This document shows, one piece after another, positions 1 to 10,248 of a stretch of 32,154 bases of DNA. The notes under the pieces are model-generated. The model did no database searches. It had not been told where the DNA came from and saw only the letters and a program-made list of their open reading frames with translations. Within the stretch, counting starts at the first letter, position 1. Each line of letters begins with the position of its first letter. The translations under genes and the position numbers were made by a program. Source of the stretch: Octopus sinensis (lineage: Eukaryota); the NCBI RefSeq assembly GCF_006345805.1, contig NW_021829614.1:1-32154 (forward strand), given 5' to 3'.

Positions 1-420
1 CTCCCTCTCCAAAACAAACTACGATGAGTGTCAAGATACAGGAGAGGACTCACCTATAACTTCTAATGGTTAACTCAGCAACGAGATAATGAACTGTTCT
101 CACTTGTATTATTATTCGTGATGATGATGATGATCGTGGTGGTGGTAAATTCAATTGGCTTCCGCCGAGATCGAAACTACTTTGAGATTTTAACGGGCTT
201 GTTTTTAGCTTTATGTCATTCGCCACACGTCTACGTAAGAAATTATTTTGGCCATTGTGTCAGTCTGGTTGATGGTAGATTCGGTAGACGAATGGACAAA
301 AGCGTTTTACGATTATCAGATCTCTCTATAATCTGGGTTGAAACACGACTGACATCAATTTTAGTCTTTATCCTTCCGGATTTGATAAAATAAGGAACAT
401 CTTCCACTAAACATCTTTAT

Positions 421-530
421 TCGCTTCCTTTTAAATCAAGTACATGAATACTTCATTTAAACGTTTGTACTCGCTTCTTTGAAATCAATTAAAGGAATAC
501 TTGATTTTACTGTTTATACTCGCTCCGTTT
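421..530. repeat. Degenerate ~50-bp tandem repeat (about 2.2 units)
   Basis: Units start with TCGCT(T/C)C at 421, 471 and 520. Units 1 and 2 share AAATCAA, GAATACTT and GTTT(G/A)TAC in register. Confidence 0.6.
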
Positions 531-1532
531 CAGTCAGCTAAGAATCTTCGAAGTCCTTTTTATGGTAAGCTTTGGCGATCACTGTAGAATCTGCGACTTA
601 TTTTCCGTTCTAAATTTTAGATAGTTTCTTCAATTCAGGGCTTTAATGAATTTTGGAATGGTCATATATAACTCAAAACGTCTCAAGAGTCTTTTCGCAA
701 AAAATATCGGAAATAACAGAAAAATTACACAAAATTTTGGAAATGGTATTTCTATGGAGAATAAGCAGATCAGCAGAGAGTCGATTCAATTATACACTCT
801 TATACGAGCTCAATCTCTCTTTATAAGACCTCATTCAAACTTTACCCAGATAATTTCACCAGTTTTATAGAGTATGTCAGAGCATGATGGCCTGATGGTC
901 ATTGCCTTCTTGTAACACATTGCATTATACCATTCAGAAAGAGACTTCAAAGTAATTGCTCAAATATTAATTATATAATTAATTATATAATTACCTCATC
1001 TAGAACTGCTTCTCAACAGTTTGTCGTTGCTTCTCTATTTATCTCCTTAATAGATTCACAAAAGCTTCTCTGTAACCAACGGAAACGGTTAATTCAAACC
1101 ACATTAAGTTCCTTATGAACAATATATATTTTGTACTGCTCTGTATATGTCAGCGCTTTCATAGAAGAATACAAAGTGGCCATATCTGATTAGTTCCTGC
1201 AGACTGCTAACGGTTGAGAGAAATTTGATTGCGTAAACCATAACAGAAGCTATATTAACTCAAGATAAGTAGGGTTGAGTGTCTTGCCTAAAAAGCGAAA
1301 GTTACGAAATAACAATGTATAATAACTTTTTGTCTAAAAATTAGTCAGCGACAAATGTTATACTATCAGGAATGGAAAAAAATTATATTTTCATTGATAT
1401 TGCAATATGTGTAATATAATAAATACAATATAATTTAGTATAACATAAAACAGTATAATATAGTATAGTATAATATCATGTGTGTGCGTATATGTGTCAT
1501 GTGTAGATACATATACAGGAAGATAAACAGGC

Positions 1533-1567
<35 letters not shown>

Positions 1568-1705
1568 CGGTGAATAAACTGTCGTCTAAATTATGCAAAA
1601 ATGAAAATAACACTATTGTGTCTGGGGTGAGTCATTTTCTTTTTGTGCCTTATGATTTAACACACTCACCGGTAAAATTTCCACTTATTTCTTATTTTTA
1701 CTTTT

Positions 1706-1742
1706 CTAAAATTTTCGTTGCGTCTTGCAACCTTTTCAATAG
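1706..1742 (-). ncRNA. Minimal type I hammerhead ribozyme-like motif, U3-A8 core (H1)
   Basis: Minus strand reads CUA-UUGAAAA-G-GUUGC-AAGAC-GCAAC-GAA-AAUU-U-UAG: 5-bp stem II, palindromic stem III (AAUU), UH site, 3-bp stem I. Confidence 0.6.
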
Positions 1743-1844
1743 TCTTCCAAGAACGAAATAAGACAATAACACAGTAATCTAATTTTAACAGATATATTTA
1801 CCGAAATTACATAAAAATATCTTGAATTACTAAACAGTAAATTA

Positions 1845-2480
1845 TTTTTTCAATAAAATCGCCATTGGCTTCAACCATAGTCTCTGGACGACTTCAGAAT
1901 CTCCTGCCGCTCTTCTGGACTGTCTCCTTGTTTAAGTTGGCGAATGCTGCCGTAATCCTTGTCTTCCGTTTATCTTTGGTGTTACAAGGAATTTTGTTGG
2001 TCTATCGCTCAACTGCGCCCCTCACATAATAATCAAGGGGATTGCAGTCTGGGGAGTTAGGTGGCCAGATGTTAGGGATGTTGTAGTCGCAGAAATTTTC
2101 TGACAGCCATGACTGGGTTCTCCTGTTTGTGTGGCATGGTACAGAGTCCTGTTGCCAGCGATAGGGTCTTCCAGCAGCCACCCTCTTGACCCAGGGCAGC
2201 ACTACCTCTGTTAGGCACTTGATGTAGGCCTCCGTGATAAGTCTGAGGCGGTGTGGGAAGATGAATGGAGGTATAACGTCACCATATCTAGAGATCACTC
2301 AAAACACCATGAGGTTGACTGGATGTTTGATTTTTATCATTCTTGATACATGTCCTGAGATTCCACAGTCCTCAGATTGACACTCAAACACTCTGAAATG
2401 TTCGTATTCGAGCTTCTGGTGTGAATACTAAGCAGTACTACATGTCGCTTCCAAATTTCTGGCAGAGTGAATTGTGTCAT
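1845..2480 (-). pseudogene. DD37D transposase remnant
   Basis: QQD-SVPCH...WPPNSPDCNPLD has exactly 37 residues between the second and third catalytic Asp. The frame continues past TAG (2002-2004) as TNKIPCNTK...RRF*SRPETMVEANGDFIE, a typical C-terminus. The N-terminal piece (MTQFTLPEIWKRH...NLRTV) is joined to KHPVNLMVF by a large deletion. Confidence 0.85.
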
Positions 2481-2710
2481 GGTGCTGTTTTTTTTTTCAC
2501 GGACGGTGCCCAACTGACCATACCATACTGTGTAGTCGACAAAATCAAAAACATGTGCATGCGCGAAATTAAATATATAAAATGACGACAATTTACCCAT
2601 CGCAGCTTGAATGTATGTGTGTATATATATATGTGTGTGTGAGAGAGAGAGATGGTTATGGTTGTCGTCAAATCGATTTCGCGTAAGATCCTATTTATAC
2701 GCCTGAAACC

Positions 2711-2910
2711 GGTTTGCCAGCTTCATCTACATTTCTAGACTTTTTGACGGCTCATCATAATTGAAAATAAAAGATATTTTTATGCAGAACTCGGCCGGAA
2801 TGTGAACGACTGAAGCACATTTTTATATTTCAAACGTCTGGCTAAGAAAAATTATATAATTAATTAATGGAGAGCCGTCAAAAAAGCAAATATACAAATT
2901 AAGCAAACCA
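2711..2910. repeat. Degenerate inverted repeat, possibly an old MITE
   Basis: TTTTTGACGGCTC (2741-2753) is the reverse complement of GAGCCGTCAAAAA (2872-2884). An outer GGTTTGC/GCAAACC pair is also in register. Confidence 0.45.
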
Positions 2911-3084
2911 CCATGACGATGGTCAAATTTATTTATAGACTGTTTTATTTAAGAGGTAAATAATCTATGTTATTAATTCGTGAAGGAAAATGAGAACGTT
3001 TTTTCTGATGATCAGTCAACAAACCGTAAAGCGGTCCGTCAGGAAACTTCGTCTTAATATTTTAATTCATAAAAAATAAAAAGG

Positions 3085-3190
3085 TGTATGTGTGTATGTA
3101 TGTATGTATGTATGTATGTATATATGTATGTATGTATGTATGTATGTGTGTGTGCGTGCACGTGTTTCTATAAATATATATATATATATA
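3085..3190. repeat. (TATG)n/(TG)n/(TA)n compound microsatellite
   Basis: Direct reading. Confidence 0.95.
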
Positions 3191-3464
3191 ATGATATGAG
3201 AGGTTTTGGTATCCAGAAGACCCAAAAGACAGGTAAACGCTACGGAAAGACCGCTATTAAGCTTCCGATTCAATAATAGCATGAGTGAGGAGTCTAAGGC
3301 AGGTCGTGAGTGAGCATCTTCTAATTTCTTCGACTGAAGTTCTTTTAACTCGTCTCTGATGATGGGATGTCGCTTATATCCCTGAAACAGCTGTAAGACC
3401 ATTTCTCTATTTATAAATGTCCTAAGAATACCAAATTGTCTTGGCCTTGTTATCTCATTTTATT

Positions 3465-3465
<1 letters not shown>

Positions 3466-3509
<44 letters not shown>

Positions 3510-3510
3510 A
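3466..3510. repeat. (CA)n microsatellite (a second one lies at 3894-3929)
   Basis: Direct reading. Confidence 0.95.
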
Positions 3511-3892
3511 CGCAGACACATATCTATATGCAGACATTGTTGTAGCTCGGGAGGATCATTACGTTCATAATAAACATATACACTTCATTATTGTTCGTCA
3601 GTTGATTAGTCATTTAATCAACCAATCAACTGATCGTTGTGCTTATTCAGTTGCTTAAACAACCAATCATTGTTTGTCGAAATCCTTCCTTCGCCATTTG
3701 CAACCTCATCAACGACATGTCTTCTCTCTCGGCGACAGAAGGACAACTGATCGATTGCTTCAGCGATCGATTAAGCCAGCGACCGATTAATTGGTTGGTC
3801 AAATAAAGATGTGTAATGACCCAGCCAAGATACAACAATCTTTGTTTCAACACACGAATTCACACCAAGAACCTAGCAAAGCAGATGCAAAA

Positions 3893-3930
<38 letters not shown>

Positions 3931-4432
3931 GTGTGTGTAAGCTGTTTGTAGCTGTGTCCCTTTCGCTCTGCTCCTTGATTCGAATGTCTGCCATAATATC
4001 CCCATAATTTAAAATAAAATTATCGGTGCGTCGATCAATCCCAGTAACATTCGATATGACCAAATACAAATCTACAATTACTTGGAACCTAAATACTGGG
4101 CTGCTACGCCGCTACCGCCGTCATTACTGTTATAGCCATCACCGCTGTTGCCGCCTCCGACGTCGTTTTTTGTTATAATGGATCAGCCTTAAGATCAAAG
4201 AGGTTCCAAATATACGATATCTCATTTCCTTATTTCAGACGTTAGTGTGTGATTTGGAAGATATTTGGCTGCTATTTCTAGCATGTACATCAACCATGTA
4301 GAGGCCTTCTTGTTGGCTCGGGTATAAAAGACCATTCGATTTTTTAGATAATCAGCAGAGTATCTGATTTCAATCTGCGTCATCACATAACAGAAGAGAT
4401 ATAAGAGGAAACAAAATAAACTGCCTTTGTTC

Positions 4433-4582
4433 GCAGGCGCCGCGGCTATGCCGTATGAAGCTTGCTTCCCGATCATGTGGTACCGAGTTCAATCCCACTG
4501 CGTGACACCTTAGGCAAATGTCTTGTACTATAGCCTCGAACCGATTAAAGCCTTACAGAGGGAAACTAAAAGAAGTCCGTCG
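4433..4582 (+). mobile_element. Degenerate 5' half of a tRNA-derived SINE (family A)
   Basis: GAGTTCAATCCCACTGCGTGACACCTTAGGCAAATGTCTT aligns with the full copy at 19929-20330. Confidence 0.8.
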
Positions 4583-4585
4583 TGT

Positions 4586-4623
<38 letters not shown>

Positions 4624-4688
4624 GAAATATGTTACAAAATGAAAATATAAAATACATTACAAAAAGAAAATTATATATAGAGTAGCTA

Positions 4689-4820
4689 AGAGATGCCACC
4701 ACGCTGGAAATAGCAACCAAAAACCACATTAATTGTTCATACACCACTAGTGCTGTATAAACATTTAATGTGATTTTAAAGTCAAGTTTTGGGTGCTATT
4801 TCCAGCGTAGTGGTATCTCT
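4689..4820. mobile_element. MITE-like hairpin element
   Basis: 34-bp inverted arms at 4689-4722 and 4787-4820, 31/34 identical (AGAGATRCCACYACGCTGGAAATAGCAMCCAAAA). Confidence 0.7.
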
Positions 4821-4963
4821 TTGATAGCCTAAATTATAATTTTAATAATAATTATTACCTTTGAAGGTTTTTATTCCCATGCCGGCCACTTGATAAGATC
4901 GATATTTAAATTAACGATCTTATCCTTATTTATATAAATTTATATATATATATATATATATTA

Positions 4964-5008
<45 letters not shown>

Positions 5009-5086
5009 ATAACGTGTGTGTGTCTTATAGATTTGTTTTGCAAGAGAATGAAATAGGTAGAGCAAGAGCACACACGGAGACGGAAA

Positions 5087-5131
5087 GTATCGCTGAAGGG
5101 GTCAAAGATGTGTGACGAAAGATTTCCGGAC
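5087..5131 (+). ncRNA. Hammerhead ribozyme-like motif with A9G core change (H5)
   Basis: CUGAAGG-G-GUCA-(8-nt loop)-UGAC-GAA-AGAUUU-C. Stem III is near-palindromic. Stem I is short and bulged (GU-A-UCG with CGGAC). It lies in a repeat fragment flanked by (TA)n. Confidence 0.5.
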
Positions 5132-5239
5132 AATGGGCACGAATTAAAATAAGAACAGAAATAAACGAGTGAAGGTGTTTATTTGGCAAAAAAGAAAAAG
5201 AAATAATGACCATCCCGAAATACAATATATATATATATT

Positions 5240-5478
5240 ATCTCTCAACTTCTGTTCTTTCAACATGTGATCTCTTGAGCACCACCAGCTCAAATATTTT
5301 TTCCTCTGTCTTCCCTTCTTGGGATCTTTCCTTCTCCTTGTTTCCGACGAAGAGCTCCGCTCGAAACGTTAAACCCTCCTTCCCTTCTTTCCTGAGCGTC
5401 AATAATACTTTAATTGTTCCACGTCCTGCGTTGCTGTGTTTTTTTCTCTTTTTTTCTGTGTTTTCTTGTTTGTATTAA
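5240..5478 (+). mobile_element. Penelope-like pseudo-LTR fragment carrying a hammerhead motif
   Basis: Contains H6. Its 3' part (CCTCCTT...CCTGAGCGTCAATAATACTTTAATTGTTCCAC.TCCTGCGTTG) recurs at 19681-19775. It is bounded by (TA)n on both sides. Confidence 0.55.
5340..5374 (+). ncRNA. Minimal type I hammerhead ribozyme-like motif with U4C core change (H6)
   Basis: GUUU-CCGACGA-A-GAGC-UCC-GCUC-GAA-ACGU-U-AAAC: stem I 4 bp, stem II 4 bp, palindromic ACGU stem III, extra A after A9. Confidence 0.7.
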
Positions 5479-5486
5479 CTATATAT

Positions 5487-5518
<32 letters not shown>

Positions 5519-5981
5519 CAAGACACACTTTTGCCTGTCTCCTGTCAAAGCTGGTTTCTCCAGCGTTTACCACTTCACCTAGTTATGGCTTAACAGCCCT
5601 TACCGTTTTTTTTTACTGTTTTGTTCTTACTGTCCTGTTTTTGTTACCACTTTAACCCTCCGCAAATTCCAAATTTTATTTAATTTGCTTTGCGGGAACG
5701 ACTGTTTTATGAAGTCGCGTCTTGTCCCAGCTTTCGTAACGCGGAGTATATAAAACAGGGGACAACTGATGAAGGAATTGTTCTTTATGTTGCCTGCCTC
5801 GTTTCTCTATTTGTCTCTTTCCTTGTTCGAAAGAAAAGTTCGTTTTCCATGTTTTTGCTTTTTTCATGTTCTCGTTTTTCATTTTGTTCAGAGTTTTTTT
5901 TTTAACGTTCTGTAACCATATATGCATGTATATATACATATAATAGAGTGTATATATACATATGTATGTATATATGCATAG

Positions 5982-6047
<66 letters not shown>

Positions 6048-6177
6048 GTCTTTCTGAAAATTACTTAATATTGTTTTTAATTATAATGGGGATTTTATCT
6101 AAAGTCATTTGAAAAGAGAAATAAATTTGAAAATCTTTTATCGGGATGTTGTTTTTGGAAGAAGTTTTTTTTCTAGT

Positions 6178-6214
6178 GTGTGCGAGTGCTTTCGTTTAAT
6201 CTTTTCAAACACAC
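6178..6214 (-). ncRNA. Minimal type I hammerhead ribozyme-like motif, U3-A8 core (H2)
   Basis: Minus strand reads GUGUGU-UUGAAAA-GAUUAAAC-GAA-AGCACU-C-GCACAC: 6-bp stem I, minimal stem II closed by G-C, CUC cleavage triplet. Confidence 0.6.
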
Positions 6215-6221
6215 GTGCTCT

Positions 6222-6330
6222 TGGTTAAGTGGTGTGTTGACGTTCCAATAACTTAGAGGTTCAGTAAAAGAGATGATAGGACAAGTATCAGGATTTAATA
6301 AACAAAGTGGGTCTGATTCACTCGACCAGA
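6222..6330 (+). mobile_element. Degenerate SINE family A body fragment
   Basis: GGTGTGTTGACGTTCCAATAACTTAGAGGTTCAGTAAAAGAGA aligns with GGTGTGTTTACGTCCCCGTCACTTAGCGGTTCGGCAAAAGAGA at about 20165-20210. Confidence 0.65.
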
Positions 6331-6970
6331 AATTCCTCTTTCGTATGATCACCTGGTCCCAGCTTCGTTCAGTGTAGCCCATTCGGTTGCCTTTCTTCAA
6401 GTCTGGTTCCGGGTCTAAAGAAAACTGGTATTTCATCTTTGGAGAATTCTTAATTCTTGAAACGATTTCCCTTCTCACGTGGAGCTGGCCTTCATTGTTA
6501 TTCGGTTATTCGGTAACTATGACATATCCGCTGGCGGTGGAGATAGCTTGAATAAATCAAAAATATATGTTGTATGGTATTTGATATACCTGTATTTATC
6601 TTTTTACATTCTACTGGTCTTGAAGTGGAGGGGGGATATAGGGCCACGATCTCTACCCTTTATCCGCTGACTGACACATGAACAAATTTTAAATAAAAAT
6701 ACAAGGAAATTAGGATGGATGCATATTCCATTACAGTAAATGTAAGGAGACACAGCGTTTACGACGAATTGTATTTGTGAATTCTCAAGACTGACTGGAT
6801 TTATTGACTACATTTATATTTTCTTTATTTTAGATGAAATGAGCAAGAAGCGAGATGTCCTCAGATGATAAATGACTTTTTCCAGCAATACAACTGTTGT
6901 TGACTGGAACAATATTTATAAGAGTTAGTTTCAAAAACCAGCTGTGCTGCGAAAATAATGGAAATAGCGA

Positions 6971-7062
6971 AGAAAACGTTATTATAATAGCGAGAAACAA
7001 TAAATCCGTGTATATTATATATACACGGATTTATTGTTCTCGCTATTATAATAACGTTTTCT
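6971..7062. repeat. Near-perfect 44-bp palindrome (hairpin)
   Basis: Arms 6971-7015 and 7019-7062 are complementary except for one bulged A; 3-nt TAT loop. Confidence 0.95.
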
Positions 7063-7075
7063 CTCTCCTAGCTCT

Positions 7076-7113
<38 letters not shown>

Positions 7114-7128
7114 TCTATATATATATAT

Positions 7129-7167
<39 letters not shown>

Positions 7168-7681
7168 CGTTTAGTGTTGAGGGGAAACAACTAATAAGCC
7201 TGATGATCAATTTAAACTGCTTAAAGTCGATATCAGGAAATTCCAAGCCTGAAGGAAATCGTAGAGAGCTACTGTTCCGAGAACAGATATTCGTTATGGT
7301 ATATGATAGCGGATAAGAGATGCTGGGAATAAGGGTGTCAATGTATAGCCCGTTATCGTCTTCACAAGAGTTGTTATAGCAGCGGTAGAAGAGACTGAGA
7401 GGGAACGAAACAACGTGTTGATAAATGTTGTTGTGAGATTAAGTCGCTTGAATGGTTTCCTTTTCGTAAGAAGTCAAGATGTCTCTGGCTGGAACCAGAA
7501 CGGTTTGGCAATCTTAGAAATGTAAGTCTGAATGGAACTCTTAACTGATTTAACTTCATAAATGAATTAACATATTTTAGCATAAATTTCAATGAAGAAA
7601 AGAACCGAACAAATGAGCTTACAATCTCTTTACAGGTTGTTCAATATCTGCAGTATTTCACCTAATGTGTATATATGTATG

Positions 7682-7689
7682 TACATTTA

Positions 7690-7739
<50 letters not shown>

Positions 7740-7815
7740 CGTCTCCCTGTCTCTTTGTCTATCTGTCAGTCTGTCTCTCTGCCTGTTTGTCTCTTTCTGC
7801 CTGTCTGTCTGTCTG

Positions 7816-7864
<49 letters not shown>

Positions 7865-7877
7865 TATATATATATAT
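7682..7877. repeat. (CT)n/(CTGT)n/(TA)n compound microsatellite
   Basis: Direct reading. Confidence 0.95.
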
Positions 7878-8212
7878 GTGAAGGGCCATGGCTCAGTGGT
7901 AGAGCGTCGAGCTTACGATCGTGAGGTTGTGAGCTCGAATCCCGGACGGGGCTGCGGTTGTGTTCTTGAGCAAGGCACTTTATTTCACGTTGCCAGTTCA
8001 CTCAGTGTAGAATGAGTTGCGACGTCACAGGTGCCAAGCTGTATCGGCCCTTGCCTCCCTTGGACAACTCGGTGACGTGGAGAGGGGAGGCCGGTATGCA
8101 TGGGCGACTGCTGGTCTTCCATAAAAAAAAAACAAACCTTGCCCAGACTTGTGCCCAGAGGGTATCTCTCTAGGTGCAAACCATGGTCAGGCCTGAGCCG
8201 GGGGTCTTACCC
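7878..8212 (+). mobile_element. tRNA-derived SINE (family B), apparently full length
   Basis: Pol III A box TGGCTCAGTGG (7889-7899), D-arm-like GCTC/GAGC, B-box-like GCTCGAATCCC (7933-7943), then a CORE-like TTCTTGAGCAAGGCACTT body. A degenerate relative lies at about 30725-30990. Confidence 0.8.
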
Positions 8213-8479
8213 TTTATATTATATATATTGTTATGTGTTGTGGAGGTGTGTGTGTGTGTGTAGATAGATAGATAGATAGATAGATGAGAGACAGCTATTC
8301 TCCGTATAGAATACACTTCGTAGTGCTCCAGAGGTTTAAACTTGAGCAGGCAGAGGAGTAAATGTAAGGACAAGCAAGTGAGGCGAGTCGATATACAAAA
8401 GAATATTAAATACATTTTTTACAAAGAATGTAAATATATTTACATATGAAAGAAGTCCAACTTGGAATGGAAATGATAC

Positions 8480-8728
8480 AGGGGTGTAAACAAACCAGCA
8501 CTGGTGTCAAGCCGTGGGTGGGAGAGGAAAACAAAATGAAAGATCCATACACAAACGCACATATATATGCATACGACGGGATTCTACGTAGTTTCTGCCA
8601 AGCATATTCACTCACAAGGCTTTGATCAGTTCGGGCTTGAGTGGAAGACACTTATCCAAGGTACCGCACTGAGGAATTGAACCCGAAAGTCTATGTTTGC
8701 AAAACGAACGTTTAAGCCACACAGCCAT
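8480..8728 (-). mobile_element. Degenerate SINE family A
   Basis: The reverse complement reads GGCTGTGTGGCTT...GGGTTCAATTCCTCAGTGCGGTACCTTGGATAAGTGTCTT...CCTTGTGAGTGAAT, matching family A. Confidence 0.75.
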
Positions 8729-8777
8729 ACCGTCCTCTATCTCTGTCACCCTCTCGCTCTCATAGATAGAGGTTACT

Positions 8778-8821
<44 letters not shown>

Positions 8822-9019
8822 ACACAGGTCCACCTAATGTTAAACTCGCCCACACATACATTCACGTGCACTCGTCCCCATACACCCTCACACACACCAT
8901 TCTCACATACACAGACCCGCTTGCACACCCTAGTTCTGCCGGATCACCGTTATTATCTACCTTTCACTCAGCCGCTTTCTTTCCGTTCATTTCATCATGT
9001 TGAACCGATAATCCCAACA

Positions 9020-10075
9020 CAACCAGATAAACTCCTAAAATTCAAAAACCTATTGAACAGCATCAACCCAAATATACAGTTCACAATGGAATACAACCAA
9101 AAGGAGCTTCCATTCTTAGATATACCAATTTAAAAAATTAACCTTAAAATAGAAACAGACATTTTTTACAAAGCCACAGACGCCAAACAATACCTACTTT
9201 TTGACTCATGCCACCCAAGACACACTAAAACAAACATCCCTTTCAACCTTGCAATAAGGATATGCACAATAGTGTCAGAACAAAATACCAGTAACTTTAG
9301 ACTACAAGAACTCAAAAACAACCTAATTGACAGACACTACCCAGTTCAACTCATAGAGGATGGGATCAGACGTGCAACAGAAATCGACATAGAAACTTTG
9401 AGAAAAGTTCAACACAACAATACACCTTACCCGAAAATACTGCCTTACATATCCACATACAACCCCAGAAACAAAGAAGCCTTCACCATCATCACCCAGA
9501 ATTTACCAATACTTCATAAGGACCCCAAATTAAAGGAAATTCTAAACATACATAAAATCATTAAAAGCTACAAACAACCTAAATCACTTAAAAAGATTCT
9601 CACAAAGGCAAAATTGTTTTCTGAAATTACAGATGCAAAAGTAAAAAAATGTGGTAGAACAAACTGCGCAACATGCCCAAATCTTCTAGAAGGATCAGAA
9701 TTCCTTTTCAAAGAGGGACAAAAATTCAAGATCAGATCTAATTTTACTTGTGCTTCTGAAAACATAATTTATGTCATAAGGTGCTCGGGCTGCCACCAAA
9801 ACTACGTGGGGTCCACGGGATTATCACTCAGACGTAGATGCACTCTGCATCGACAACAGATTGCATTCCCAGAATACAGAATGATACCCTTTAGTGAGCA
9901 TATTGAGAAATGCGCAAAGCAACTACTACCACAGTTTTTAATCTTTCCACTCTATCAATGTGCTATTGGAACATCAACACAAATTAGATTAAACAAGGAA
10001 ACATTCTTCATTTAAAAATATAAGCATGAACTTAACCATTCTAACATTCTTATACAGAGAAACTCATCCCATTAA
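9020..10075 (+). pseudogene. Penelope-like RT C-terminus plus GIY-YIG endonuclease
   Basis: LNSINPNIQFTMEY...LPFLDI, then in frame past TAA (9131-9133) ETDIFYKATDAKQYLLFDSCHPRHTKTNIPF. Linker is CGRTNCATC (Cx4Cx2C). Endonuclease is IYVIRCSGCHQNYVGST...LH...EH. A second TAA at 10013-10015 precedes KYKHELN. Confidence 0.9.
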
Positions 10076-10200
10076 ATAAGGGAAAAGAAATATAAAGCGA
10101 TTATCTCCCTTATACCGGAAGAAATCGCTTATTACCTCCCCCTGCCTGGAACTCTTCATTGCACTGCATAACGAAAATATGACACGTTGTAGGTAAAGAC

Positions 10201-10248
10201 ATTTGAGAAATTTGAAAAGTTAACACGAAACCGGTAATTTCTTCAAAT
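10201..10248 (+). ncRNA. Minimal type I hammerhead ribozyme, U3-A8 core (H3), in the Penelope 3' region
   Basis: AUUUGAGAAAU-UUGAAAA-GU-UAAC-AC-GAA-ACCGGU-A-AUUUCUUCAAAU: 11-bp stem I with one bulge, 2-bp stem II, palindromic ACCGGU stem III, GUA cleavage triplet (H17 = 10236). Confidence 0.8.

Larger units (their letters stand above)
1566..2604 (-). mobile_element. Internally deleted, decayed Tc1/mariner-superfamily DNA transposon, DD37D (maT/Bmmar1-like)
   Basis: Imperfect terminal inverted repeats at 1566-1586 and 2584-2604 (17/21 match, all mismatches transitions) enclose transposase remnants on the minus strand. Confidence 0.75.

Noticed and set aside
3005-3053. CTGATGA ... GAAAC-TTC-GTC resembling a hammerhead
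   Set aside because: No stem II closes next to GAAA, there is no stem I pairing, and the core is instead complementary to CGTCAG downstream.
5766-5795. CTGATGAA-GGAA-TTG-TTCT half-hammerhead
   Set aside because: No GAAA follows the putative stem II, so the catalytic core is incomplete.
7885-7950. Possible tRNA gene
   Set aside because: A/B boxes and the D-arm are present, but acceptor and T stems do not pair and the sequence continues into a SINE body.
8669-8692. CTGAGGA...GAAAGTC
   Set aside because: It is the reverse complement of a SINE tRNA-like T-arm, and no stems form.
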